Shown piece by piece: positions 20,190 to 30,129 of a stretch of DNA of 64,000 nucleotides; within the stretch, counting starts at the first letter, position 1; the number at the start of each line of letters is the position of its first letter. Under the pieces are notes generated by a model, which was given only the letters and a program-made list of their open reading frames with translations, ran no database searches and was not told where the DNA came from. The position numbers were made by a program, and so were the translations under genes. Origin of the DNA: Patescibacteria group bacterium. GTDB taxonomy: Bacteria > Patescibacteriota > Microgenomatia > Daviesbacterales > UBA10151. The stretch covers positions 182,616 through 246,615 of the forward strand of contig JBBTSA010000010.1 of the NCBI GenBank assembly GCA_038064895.1, written 5' to 3'.

Positions 20190-22556
20190 ATGCTCAAAAA
20201 ATTTATCGCTTCTCCCTTTTTTGCACCTGCAACTCTGGTTTTAATAGTAATAGCCGTCTATCATCAATTTTTTATTTTTGGGAAAATTCCTTTTCCCGGA
20301 GACTTACTGGTTGTCAGTTACTCTCCCTGGTTTGACTATTATAAATTTCCTGTGCAAAATCCCTTAATATCTGATGTTTTTTCACAGTTCTTTCTTTGGA
20401 AATATTTAAGCATAGATAGCTTGAAAAACTGGCAATGGCCACTGTGGAATCCATACTCATTTACAGGTACACCTCTTTTGGCAACATATCATTCCGCATC
20501 TTTATACCCACTTAATATTCTACTCCTTCTGCCCAAATACCTTGGATGGGGATTCTTTATATTCTCTCAAACCCTCATAGGATTAATTGCTATGTATCTA
20601 TTGCTCTCGTTATGGGTAAGTTCGAAGCTGGCGAGACTCACCGGATCAATGATTTTTGCCCTGGGGGGACTGATGACAACTTGGCTGGAGTTGGGTACCG
20701 CCGTCCATGCCATAATCTGGTTACCATTTTCAATATACTCAATCGAGCTTTTTTGGGCCAGGTTTCAATTTAGATATCTTCTAATGTTAACCGGCTCTCA
20801 AGTATTCCTCGTCCTTGCCGGAAATGCCCAAATCTTAACCTATTCACTAATAATTCTTACCTTGTACATCTTTATCAACTGCCCTTATATAAATATAAAA
20901 AAGGTATCCGTCCGTTTTTTCCCACCGCTTATAGCTTTAGTTATTGGCCTACTCTTAACTTCAATCCAGTTACTACCAAGTCTTGATTTACTAAGTAAAT
21001 CAATTCGGCTTACAGAATCTTACATAGGAGAGTCTAACTTTGGATTATTACCGATTAATGAAAGTATAAGGTTTTTTGTGGCGGATTTCTTTGGAAACCC
21101 CGTCACCCGTAATTATTGGGGATTTTTAAATTATTCAGAGACAAGTGGATTCCTCGGTAGTTTAACCCTTCCCATTTTAATTTTTTCTTTTTTTTACTTA
21201 AAGAGAAGCAGGTTAATTATTTTCTTTCAGATACTATTTGCCTTATCCATTTTACTATTATTTAACAGCCCCCTATCACAAATGATTTATCAAACTAAAA
21301 TCCCCCTACTTACTTCATCTTATGCTTCCAGGATACTTGTTATCATTTCTTTCTCGGTTTCTATTTTGAGTGCTTTCTCGTTAAATCAATTATTAATTAC
21401 CCAAAATCAAGAAAATAAATTTTTAAAATCAACTATTTGGTCCTGGTCAATATTTGTCGGGATACTAATCGGATCTTTCTTAAGTTTTTTCCTATCCGGC
21501 TTTACTGTCCCTTTTAGGAATTCAATCCTCCCTGTATTATTAATATCTCTTTTTCTGGGGCTTTTCATGGTTATGAAAAAAATCAGGTTTAAATCTTACC
21601 GAGTTAGCAAAATCCACCTGATTCTTTTTATATTATTTATTTTTTTGGCTTTTGACCTAAGTAGATATTTTTTAAAATTCAATCCCTTTGTCTCAAACAA
21701 CCTGATATTTCCTAAAGTCCCAGCTATTGAGTTTTTACAAAAACAGCCGGGTCTTTTTAGAATAGGTAGGGAACATGCTGAAACTTTACCTCCTAATACT
21801 TGGATTGCATATAACCTGTACTCATACGAAGGGTATGATCCGATCTATTTAAACCAATATGGTAAATTTATGCATTTTTTAAACGGGGGAGATTTGAGAA
21901 CCGGTAATTCCAGCAGATACGCAGAAATTATATCTAATTATAGTTCTCCATATCTTGATGCAGCTAATAGCAAATTTTTTATTGCCACCCTTAAGGATAA
22001 GAATAATGATATTCCGGGTAAGTTGCTAAGTAAAAATGTTAAGGATACAAATTACAATTTGATATTTCAAGATGGTTCAGCAGCTATTTTAGAAAATCCC
22101 AATGCCTTAAACAGAGTTTATTTTGCCCACTCAATTATTACTGCACCACTACAAAGAATCGAAGATGTCATTATGGGGGATAAATCATTTGACCCCAAGG
22201 TAACAATAGCTTTGACAGATGATTTAAATATTAAAAATCCAACCGGGTCAGGTTCAGCAATCATAACATCCTACTTACCAAATGAGGTAAGAATCAAAAC
22301 CATGACTTCTCAAGAAGAAGTACTTGTACTGGCTGATCAATTTGATGAGGGATGGCATACTAAGATAGATGGAAATGATGCTAAAATTAGCAGAGCAAAT
22401 TTAATTTTTAGAGCTGTTAAAGTTCCGGCTGGCATCCATGAGGTAATAATGAACTACTATCCAACCTCTTTTGACTTGGGACTCAAGATATCGATAGCAT
22501 CAATTCTACTGGTAGGTTTAAGTGTTTTAATTGCAATAAAAGTTAGCAGATTTTAA
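20190..22556 (+). CDS. Large polytopic membrane protein, YfhO-like (putative lipid-linked glycosyltransferase).
   Basis: 788 aa. N-terminal 'PGDLLVVSYSPWFDYY...DVFSQFFLWKY' resembles the YfhO N-terminal Asp/aromatic region. ~13 TM helices plus a C-terminal extracytoplasmic domain and a final TM. Confidence 0.45.
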   Translation: MLKKFIASPFFAPATLVLIVIAVYHQFFIFGKIPFPGDLLVVSYSPWFDYYKFPVQNPLISDVFSQFFLWKYLSIDSLKNWQWPLWNPYSFTGTPLLATYHSASLYPLNILLLLPKYLGWGFFIFSQTLIGLIAMYLLLSLWVSSKLARLTGSMIFALGGLMTTWLELGTAVHAIIWLPFSIYSIELFWARFQFRYLLMLTGSQVFLVLAGNAQILTYSLIILTLYIFINCPYINIKKVSVRFFPPLIALVIGLLLTSIQLLPSLDLLSKSIRLTESYIGESNFGLLPINESIRFFVADFFGNPVTRNYWGFLNYSETSGFLGSLTLPILIFSFFYLKRSRLIIFFQILFALSILLLFNSPLSQMIYQTKIPLLTSSYASRILVIISFSVSILSAFSLNQLLITQNQENKFLKSTIWSWSIFVGILIGSFLSFFLSGFTVPFRNSILPVLLISLFLGLFMVMKKIRFKSYRVSKIHLILFILFIFLAFDLSRYFLKFNPFVSNNLIFPKVPAIEFLQKQPGLFRIGREHAETLPPNTWIAYNLYSYEGYDPIYLNQYGKFMHFLNGGDLRTGNSSRYAEIISNYSSPYLDAANSKFFIATLKDKNNDIPGKLLSKNVKDTNYNLIFQDGSAAILENPNALNRVYFAHSIITAPLQRIEDVIMGDKSFDPKVTIALTDDLNIKNPTGSGSAIITSYLPNEVRIKTMTSQEEVLVLADQFDEGWHTKIDGNDAKISRANLIFRAVKVPAGIHEVIMNYYPTSFDLGLKISIASILLVGLSVLIAIKVSRF

Positions 22557-23028
22557 TGGACTGAAACAATTAGAAAAGGGTAAATAAGTAGGGCCAAAGC
22601 AAAACTATAAAGTAAAAGAACACTACTTATTAAAAACATCAGCTTGCCCAATTTTTCTTTTTCAAGCTTTATAAATAAAAGTGCCAAAAAATTTATCAAT
22701 ATTAAACACAATACGTAAATATAAAAAGATCCAGCGGCAACTAAATAAGTAAACCAGAGCGAAAGACCAAAAAGTAAAGCTGGCAGATATCCCCACGATC
22801 CTTTAAAAAAATTTTTCCTATTAGCCAAATTAATAACAGGTTTGAAAAACCAAATATATAAATTGACCAGATCGGTAAGGTCATTGGAGACTCGAGAAGA
22901 TCTGAAAAAAATAAGGATTGGTTGCTAAAATGCAATGGATAGATTGTCCGATATACTAGGGCTGAAAATAGTAAACTCAAACAACAAATCAGCAATAATA
23001 TATAACTCTTGACAAAAAACTTATTCAC
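22553..23028 (-). pseudogene. Two overlapping small membrane ORFs (22741-23028 and 22553-22828). A 1-nt change in an A5T7 run would join them into one ~165-aa multipass membrane protein. Possible frameshifted gene, slippage site or sequencing error.
   Basis: In the 22741-23028 frame 'WLIGKIFLKDRGDICQLYFLV' overlays 'MANRKNFFKGSWGYLPALLFG' of the 22553-22828 frame over the same nucleotides. The homopolymer 'ggaaaaatttttttaaagg' lies at ~22800-22818. Confidence 0.35.
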
Positions 23029-24641
23029 TAGTACACTTTTTTAACAGTTAAAATTGGCCGTCCATCTTTACCTGTTATAATTTCGTAATTTTTAAGGTTC
23101 TCAATACTTCCAGCAGTATCTATAAATAGAACTGATCCGTCCAAATTTTCTATGAATTGATTTGTATCTGCCTGTGGAATATATCCAATATATATATTGT
23201 CGAACTTTTTAAATTTATAACTGCTTATCGTGGTGCTGTTTTGATTTTGAGAAATAACCGTTAAAGGCTCAATCTTACCATAAACAGGATAGGCAAATTC
23301 AATAGCATCAATTCTATCGGATAGAAAAACATATTTATATTTGTCTTTATTTTGCAGAGCATACTCTGATGCAACTTTCGCTGAATTTGACCAGAAACTA
23401 CTATATTCATTTGGGGCAAGAAAATATAATTTTTGGAGGAAAAAAGCAAATTGTATTGCAAACAGTAGACAAACTATATAAAATACCACTTTGTTTTTCA
23501 TCCTGATTACTGCCACCAAACCAAGAGCTGATAATAAAATTAAGAATGGTAACATAAAAGAACTTCTTAAAGCATGCGGCGAATCAACAATTGCTGTAGG
23601 AATCGGCGCTAAAATTATCCCAAGAAGTAGAAATAATATTGTCTTTTTTTGCTTTTGCCAAAAGGCAAAAATCCCTACCAGAATTAATATTGCTTCCACA
23701 AAATAAAGCTCGCCTATTGTAGCCATGTTGTGGCGTGGATTTCTATCTCCATGTAAAATTAAAAAATCCAAAGAAAAATTCTGAAGATAATTTTCTCCTA
23801 TCAGCTTTGTATATTCTACTGCCTTATTGTGAAAATACTTTAAAAAAGATTTTGGCAAATTAGTAATACTTCTTTCGAAATTTATTTTTTGTTCAATTGC
23901 ATCTTTTAGCTCAACTTTGGAAAAAATATTTATATGATAAAATCTAGTTTCTGAACCACCGATGAACGTTTGACTTATTGATAAAAATCCTAAGATCAAA
24001 AGCAAAAGTACTCCGATCGAAAAATATTTTTTGTCAAAGCTTAAGACTTTTTTTATAGATGTAAACCAAAAAATAAGTGGTAAAAACAAAGGCAGAATAA
24101 TTTTGTATGTAGGATAAGTATGCAGAGTTAAACCAAAACTTATTGCTGATAAAGTATAAAACAAAGGTTTCTCTTTTGCTTTAATGAAAAGATAGAAACC
24201 TAAAAGGGCAAGAAATAAAGCAAAATGAGCTTCAAAACCTCCCCTGGAGAGTGAAATATCCCAGGGAGAGAAAGCAGCAATAAAGCTGGCAGCTAAACCA
24301 ACATTTGTAGAGAATAATTTCCTACCTAAAAAGTACAAAAGAATAATTATTCCTATCCCAGAAAGAATGGAAAGTGCTCTTACACCTAAAGCCGTAGGGC
24401 CAAAAATTGCCATGAAGGGAATTGAGCCATACACATATCCTGCCGGCCTTCCCGCACCCATTTGGAATGTCAACGGAAATGAGTTACCAAGTTGATCCTG
24501 TCCAGTTTTTAAAAGTGAGTAAGAGTCTAAAACAATTGTTAACTCATCCCCATAAAGAGAAGCAGGACTGTTTTCAATATTTAGTATTCTTAAAAGAAAA
24601 CTTAATATTAATATTGATAAAACTATTAATCTCTCTTTCAT
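23028..24641 (-). CDS. GT39/PMT/ArnT-like GT-C glycosyltransferase.
   Basis: 'YGDELTIVLDSYSLLKTGQDQLGNSFPLTF', 'NFSLDFLILHGDRNPRHN' module. Confidence 0.65.
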   Translation of the reverse strand: MKERLIVLSILILSFLLRILNIENSPASLYGDELTIVLDSYSLLKTGQDQLGNSFPLTFQMGAGRPAGYVYGSIPFMAIFGPTALGVRALSILSGIGIIILLYFLGRKLFSTNVGLAASFIAAFSPWDISLSRGGFEAHFALFLALLGFYLFIKAKEKPLFYTLSAISFGLTLHTYPTYKIILPLFLPLIFWFTSIKKVLSFDKKYFSIGVLLLLILGFLSISQTFIGGSETRFYHINIFSKVELKDAIEQKINFERSITNLPKSFLKYFHNKAVEYTKLIGENYLQNFSLDFLILHGDRNPRHNMATIGELYFVEAILILVGIFAFWQKQKKTILFLLLGIILAPIPTAIVDSPHALRSSFMLPFLILLSALGLVAVIRMKNKVVFYIVCLLFAIQFAFFLQKLYFLAPNEYSSFWSNSAKVASEYALQNKDKYKYVFLSDRIDAIEFAYPVYGKIEPLTVISQNQNSTTISSYKFKKFDNIYIGYIPQADTNQFIENLDGSVLFIDTAGSIENLKNYEIITGKDGRPILTVKKVY

Positions 24642-26650
24642 AATACTTTGTAGATAATAACTTCACTATTCTCGAAAAAGATATCCAGGTTATTTTTATC
24701 TAAATCTAAGGCGCTTATTAGCTCATCTTTTGAAGTATAAATGTATCTTATATTTTCCTCTTTAAGAAACCTCTTATTAAAAAGGGGGTTACTTTGTTCA
24801 AAGAACTTTTTCATATTATTTAATCTTTCATCAGTAGGATAACCTGTGATAAGTGCTTGCTCCTCTGAAGTAAGATATGTCTTCCTACCTGTCAATGCCG
24901 GTATATAAGATGTAGGGTACCATGCATATATCGGTCTTGGTTGAATTATAAATTGATCCTTAAGATATTTATTAAATGGAACGGTTAGGACTACTTCATA
25001 TTCCATACTATTTTCCCTTAAAAACTTTAGAGCTTCCAATTGCTGATTACTGATTTTAGCAAGTGCGGTTTTCGAAGGACCATAGAATTCATTTAAATTA
25101 CCAATTACAGTTGGAACAGATAAAAAAACTATTAATGAAAAAAGTATCAGTCTCGGAAGTTTTCTCTTGATTAAAATAAGCAATTGATAAGCTGCTACTG
25201 CCCCATAAAATCCCGAAATTAGTAAAGAATATTGTATAAATTGAATGTTGTTATAAATAATTCCCTTTTGGACAAATAATATAACCATAAAAAATCCTGT
25301 TAACATTGACACTAAAAGCATTACACTAACAGGATTTTTTAAAAAACTCATTTTTAAACCATTCCTTACTAAGATATAAAATCCAAGAATTCTCATGCCT
25401 AGATTCCCGATTAAAAATATCAAAAGTGCAGTTATCTCTAACTGGATAACTCTTAAATAGGCGTTCCATGTACCTTTGGATAAATAATGTTGTCTTCGCA
25501 GTTCATGATCTATCCATCCTAGCTTATCAACAATCATAGTTCTTATAAACCACCAGGGTAAAAACATCAAAAATGATGAAGCTTGACTGGAAGTCATAGC
25601 CTTAAAAGTAAGTACATTTGAGATAACCAGTGCAAAAGCAAGTAAAATTATATGTACTTTTTTGTTAAAAATTAGATCTGAAATCGCCGCTGCCCCAATA
25701 CCTGTTAGCATAACAAATCCTCCTGAAACCTTAAAGCCTGTTAGCATTGAACCCAAAATGAATAAAATAATTAGCCAATAAAATTTCCTCTCCTTTAAGT
25801 AAAATAGAAGGCTTAAAAGAAATGTCGTAAGAAAGACGTGCGCAACTGCATGAGGGGGGTTACCAAGAAGGGTATTTTCTTGGGATGCCCAAAAGACTGT
25901 TTCTCCTCCAAATAGGTTACCGTCTCTTAGCCATGTTACAATATATCCGAAACTACCCACAAAATAGGTAAAAAATACCCCAAAGTACCCGATTTTTATA
26001 TTATTTTTCCACTTTGTAACAAAAGCAAAGACACTTGCGCCTATTAAGAATGAGAAAATTACCGGGAAAAATCTAAAATAGAGATCTAGAGATGAAAAGT
26101 AGGGAAAAATTCTTGCAAATTCCCCCATTAGCACATCAACAAGATAATGGTAGTTATATAACTTTTCTCCTGCAAAGGTAGGATTATTAGGAGGTAAGCT
26201 TTTTTTTATTTCCCCCATTAAACTAATATGCCATATGCCGTCATGCCCTTGTGAACTCCAAAAAAGTAATCCCTCTTTATACAATAAACCGCTTGGAAAA
26301 TTAATAAAGCCTTGAGTTAGAATACCCAAAACAATTAGTATCAAAAGCAATTTATCTTTAATAAATACTTTCCAAGGTTTCAGAATTTCAAGTTTATATT
26401 TTGCAAACACATATAGTCCATAAAAAATAAAAATAGGTAGCATTAACCATCTAATATTTAGAAGAGAGAAGATTATTGCAAAACCTACAAAAAAAACAAT
26501 TCCCAATGAGATGGAAAGGACTACTGTCTCTTGATCTTTAAGTATTTCCTTCTTCCTTGCAATCATTCCAAATCCCGGTAAGTATAAAACAAATAAAGAA
26601 AGTGCGATAAAAATTAAAAAGTTAAAAAATAGCTGAATAAATGTGATCAT
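24638..26650 (-). CDS. Polytopic membrane protein, 'HDG(I/V)WH' family (670 aa). Putative GT-C-like glycosyltransferase or polymerase of unknown family.
   Basis: 'SSQGHDGIWHISLMGEIKKSLPPNNPTFAGEKLYNYHYLVD'. Paralogous to the C-terminal 650 aa of 26647-30129 and to the partial gene at 1-779. Shared C-terminal tail 'NIRYIYTSKDEL...EVIIYKV'. Confidence 0.5.
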   Translation of the reverse strand: MITFIQLFFNFLIFIALSLFVLYLPGFGMIARKKEILKDQETVVLSISLGIVFFVGFAIIFSLLNIRWLMLPIFIFYGLYVFAKYKLEILKPWKVFIKDKLLLILIVLGILTQGFINFPSGLLYKEGLLFWSSQGHDGIWHISLMGEIKKSLPPNNPTFAGEKLYNYHYLVDVLMGEFARIFPYFSSLDLYFRFFPVIFSFLIGASVFAFVTKWKNNIKIGYFGVFFTYFVGSFGYIVTWLRDGNLFGGETVFWASQENTLLGNPPHAVAHVFLTTFLLSLLFYLKERKFYWLIILFILGSMLTGFKVSGGFVMLTGIGAAAISDLIFNKKVHIILLAFALVISNVLTFKAMTSSQASSFLMFLPWWFIRTMIVDKLGWIDHELRRQHYLSKGTWNAYLRVIQLEITALLIFLIGNLGMRILGFYILVRNGLKMSFLKNPVSVMLLVSMLTGFFMVILFVQKGIIYNNIQFIQYSLLISGFYGAVAAYQLLILIKRKLPRLILFSLIVFLSVPTVIGNLNEFYGPSKTALAKISNQQLEALKFLRENSMEYEVVLTVPFNKYLKDQFIIQPRPIYAWYPTSYIPALTGRKTYLTSEEQALITGYPTDERLNNMKKFFEQSNPLFNKRFLKEENIRYIYTSKDELISALDLDKNNLDIFFENSEVIIYKVL

Positions 26651-29600
26651 TGCTCTACTACTTTATAAATAACTACTTCTTCATTTTCAAATATGTTTTT
26701 TACCAATTTTTCCTTTTCTAATGCTTTTACTTGTTCTATAGCTCCTATATTAAAGATTTTTAATAGATAAATGTATCTTATATTATTTTTTTCCAAAAAA
26801 TTAAACTTTCGGAAATCTAAAATTTCGAAAAAATTTTCAGAAGCAACTATTCTTTTTTTATAATCTGTCAGAAGTATTTGATTCTGCGGCTCATCTTCAA
26901 CAAAAACACCCTTTTTTGACAAAGCTGAAACATAAGCTGTTGAATCATAGATAAAAAGATTGAAGGGCTCCGGAAATATCTCACGAAGTCTTTTATCGTA
27001 TGGATAAGTCAAAACTACTCCTTCATCCTGATTTGATAAAAACTTTAGAGCCTCTATTTCTTTAGAGCTTATATACGCATGAGGTAGAGTGTGAAAATAG
27101 CTACTTGCTGTAGCCAAAGAATTTATAGGAGTAAGTATAAAAACTATCGCAACCAGTATTGGCACTAAAGTTTTAGGCAATCTAAAAATAAAGTGGGTAA
27201 TTACTAAACCTGAAAAAATTGAGCTAGTGTATAAAAGATAATAGAAAAACTGGATGGTATTCCAGGGATTGCCCGACTGAATAAATAAAATCGGTATCAA
27301 ACCGGAAAGAAACGAAAAGATTAAAATAAAAAACAAGGGTGTATCGGATACAATACTCCTTAGTTTAAAAAGTGATAACAAACCAAATACTCTAAAACCC
27401 AAATTTCCCGCTATAAAAATCAAAAGACCTAAAGTGTCTGCCAAAAAAAACTTTAACCATTGACCTAAAGCAGAAGCTGTTGTCCTTGCTATAGAAAGCC
27501 TTACCCATCCCACTCTATCCGGCGAATCAATCATTGAGTGTATAAACCAAAATGGCGCAAAAATCATAACCGCATTTAAGACTTGAAAGTTTGATAAGAA
27601 TAACCAAGCGGATATAGCACTACTTACTATAAAGATTATTAGATAACGCAAATCGGATCTTTTAAAAATTTCAAAAAAAGCTACAACAAGTAGAGATCCT
27701 AAAACTAAAACAGCTCCGTATGCTTTAAATGAAATGAGGCTTCCCGCTAAAACTATAGCCAAAACTATTAAGGATTTAGCTTTTGATTTATATAAAGACA
27801 ATAAAACATGAAAGAGGGTGATTATAATTATCAAGGAAATTGCAAATGGTGGGTTTAAGTTAAATGATATTGCTTGATTTACCCAAAAAGCAGATTCTCC
27901 ACCCAAACCTCTCCCTTTCATAAACTCTACAATCCAGCCAAAACTTCCTGCAAAATATACAAAGAAAAGTGTAAAGATCGCAGTAACTTTCGTTTTTAAA
28001 ACACCAATTCTATCTTTGAATAACCTCCATACAAGATAATATGTGCCAATTCCCACTCCGATGGAAAATAAAATGGGGTAAAATCTAAATAATAAATCTT
28101 CTACGGGTATTTTAGATATAAAATGGGTTGCCGCAATCAACAAATCATAAAAGTAGTGATAATTTTCTAAAGGCATCCCTGCGAAAATCGGGTTTTGGGG
28201 CGGTATACTTTTTGATATTTGATTCACAAGCGCTATATGCCATACTCCGTCATGAGTGTTGGGTCCCCAAAATCCCATTCCGTATCCATAATATAAACCA
28301 CTCCTAAAAGTAGGAATTATTTGAAAAACAGTTCCGCCCACAATTATTAAAAAAGAAGCTATATAAAACCAATCTTGAGATTTTAGAATCTTGAGTTTGA
28401 ATAAGTTATAACTTCTTAAGCGAATAAACAAAATGGCACAAATCAAAATATAAATTAAGCTAAATGATTGTAATTTTAAAAAGCCTAATATATAAAATAC
28501 CCAGCTAAAAATTACTATACCTGAAACTAAAGATACAAACAGTCGTAAAAAGGTGGGTGAGGACCTCTCAAGAATTCTATTTGTGAAAACAATACCCGGC
28601 ATAATGATTGTTAAAAGTAAAAAGACCAAAAAGCGAAAAATTTTAGATACAGTGCCCTCTACAGACCACTTAAAGAAATCTGCCTCGACTTTTGGTCGCA
28701 AATCCCTAATATGTTGAATATTTTTTTCAGTTGCCTCAATAATGACACTATCAATAGAACGGGATTTTCCATCAATACTTATATCTCTTGGCAGAAATTC
28801 TATTCTTCTTTCATTCGAACCCTCATTTATATAACTTACTACGTAACTGTTGTTTTCTTTAACTACTTTTAGCCGGGAAATTTTACCTTCGTCAATCACC
28901 CACTTGTGCCCATAAGTTACGTTATCCAATACTCTTGTTGCAAAAGTTGCAAAATTTACTTCGGAGCATGCTTTAAGGTAGCAGAATTCTTCTTCTTCTC
29001 CGACATACTGACGGATATCTCTAAATATACTTCCATCACTACTAATAAATAACCCTGCCCGATAATATGGATTCATAAACCAAATTGCTTTTTTCCCCGT
29101 ACTCAAAGGGTCATCCGCTATAATTAGATGTTGGGGTGAAAGGTCAGGGAAGGATTGAGAATACCAAGAAGCAAAATCCTTCATTGTAACAATCCTAAGC
29201 TGACCTAGGCGTTGTTTGTCTACAAGCACTTCTATTTGTTTCCTGTATTCAAAACCGTATTTTTCAAAGGAATAGGAATTTTCAAGACCTACGCTAAGGT
29301 GACTAAAACTTCCGAATTGCCCCTTTGTATAAATATCTACTAAGGATCGGAAATAACCGGTGTTAAGCTTATGATAATCCAAATAGTCATTGGATTGCAC
29401 ACTAAAAGTACTTTCAAAAACGCCGTTGCCGTATCCGTTTACGGGATCGCGCGGCGCCCACTGCATCATTACAAGGGGTAATTTATTTTCTTGGGACTTT
29501 GCAGGATGCAAAACATTATTTTTTGCAGGGTAATAAGGTGTGGACCAAAACTGCCCCCAAATTTGGTAATCATCTGTTGTGTATTGATCTGAAACTTCTA

Positions 29601-30129
29601 AAGAGGCTGTGATTCCATATTTTTTTTGTATATATTCAAGTGAGAAGCTATCAATCCACCAGGCTCCAACTGATTTCGGATAAAAGTTAAAAACTTCCCT
29701 AAACTTTTCAAATGCACTATCAATAAGTTTAAGTCTTTCCTCTCTTTCATATCCGCTTAAAAATGCGCTACCGGCAGCATGCCAATTACTGCTTTTATGA
29801 TACTTAACACCGGCTGCTTCGGCCCAAGAAGGTGTAACCTCCAAAAATAATCCCTTCTCGTGATCCGGCAGAGACTTTAGGATACTTGTAACTTCATCCA
29901 CTTTTAGTGCATCAAAACGGATAAGCCAGGTTGCAGGAAGATCAAATTCCTTAAGTATTGTTAATTGTCCCGATACGGCAGTAGCTATTTTTTGTCCTTG
30001 CTCTTGCCAAAAATCTTCACCTCTTATAGGGTTTACAACCGTTACAAAAGAATTTTCCAGAGCTTGAGCAGAACCAAACCCCCAAAAGTAGAGAATAAGA
30101 AATAAAATCAAACCGATCAATTTACTCAT
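26647..30129 (-). CDS. 1160-aa fusion: signal peptide, ~490-aa extracytoplasmic soluble domain, then a ~650-aa 'HDG-W-H' polytopic membrane domain.
   Basis: N-terminal hydrophobic signal 'MSKLIGLILFLILYFWGFGSAQA'. Soluble domain 'LIRFDALKVDE...GAWWIDSFSLEYIQKKYGITASLEV' (a possible deacetylase or glycoside-hydrolase-like barrel, tentative). Membrane domain 'GFWGPNTHDGVWHIALVNQISKSIPPQNPIFAGMPLENYHYFYD'. Confidence 0.5.
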   Translation of the reverse strand: MSKLIGLILFLILYFWGFGSAQALENSFVTVVNPIRGEDFWQEQGQKIATAVSGQLTILKEFDLPATWLIRFDALKVDEVTSILKSLPDHEKGLFLEVTPSWAEAAGVKYHKSSNWHAAGSAFLSGYEREERLKLIDSAFEKFREVFNFYPKSVGAWWIDSFSLEYIQKKYGITASLEVSDQYTTDDYQIWGQFWSTPYYPAKNNVLHPAKSQENKLPLVMMQWAPRDPVNGYGNGVFESTFSVQSNDYLDYHKLNTGYFRSLVDIYTKGQFGSFSHLSVGLENSYSFEKYGFEYRKQIEVLVDKQRLGQLRIVTMKDFASWYSQSFPDLSPQHLIIADDPLSTGKKAIWFMNPYYRAGLFISSDGSIFRDIRQYVGEEEEFCYLKACSEVNFATFATRVLDNVTYGHKWVIDEGKISRLKVVKENNSYVVSYINEGSNERRIEFLPRDISIDGKSRSIDSVIIEATEKNIQHIRDLRPKVEADFFKWSVEGTVSKIFRFLVFLLLTIIMPGIVFTNRILERSSPTFLRLFVSLVSGIVIFSWVFYILGFLKLQSFSLIYILICAILFIRLRSYNLFKLKILKSQDWFYIASFLIIVGGTVFQIIPTFRSGLYYGYGMGFWGPNTHDGVWHIALVNQISKSIPPQNPIFAGMPLENYHYFYDLLIAATHFISKIPVEDLLFRFYPILFSIGVGIGTYYLVWRLFKDRIGVLKTKVTAIFTLFFVYFAGSFGWIVEFMKGRGLGGESAFWVNQAISFNLNPPFAISLIIIITLFHVLLSLYKSKAKSLIVLAIVLAGSLISFKAYGAVLVLGSLLVVAFFEIFKRSDLRYLIIFIVSSAISAWLFLSNFQVLNAVMIFAPFWFIHSMIDSPDRVGWVRLSIARTTASALGQWLKFFLADTLGLLIFIAGNLGFRVFGLLSLFKLRSIVSDTPLFFILIFSFLSGLIPILFIQSGNPWNTIQFFYYLLYTSSIFSGLVITHFIFRLPKTLVPILVAIVFILTPINSLATASSYFHTLPHAYISSKEIEALKFLSNQDEGVVLTYPYDKRLREIFPEPFNLFIYDSTAYVSALSKKGVFVEDEPQNQILLTDYKKRIVASENFFEILDFRKFNFLEKNNIRYIYLLKIFNIGAIEQVKALEKEKLVKNIFENEEVVIYKVVEQ

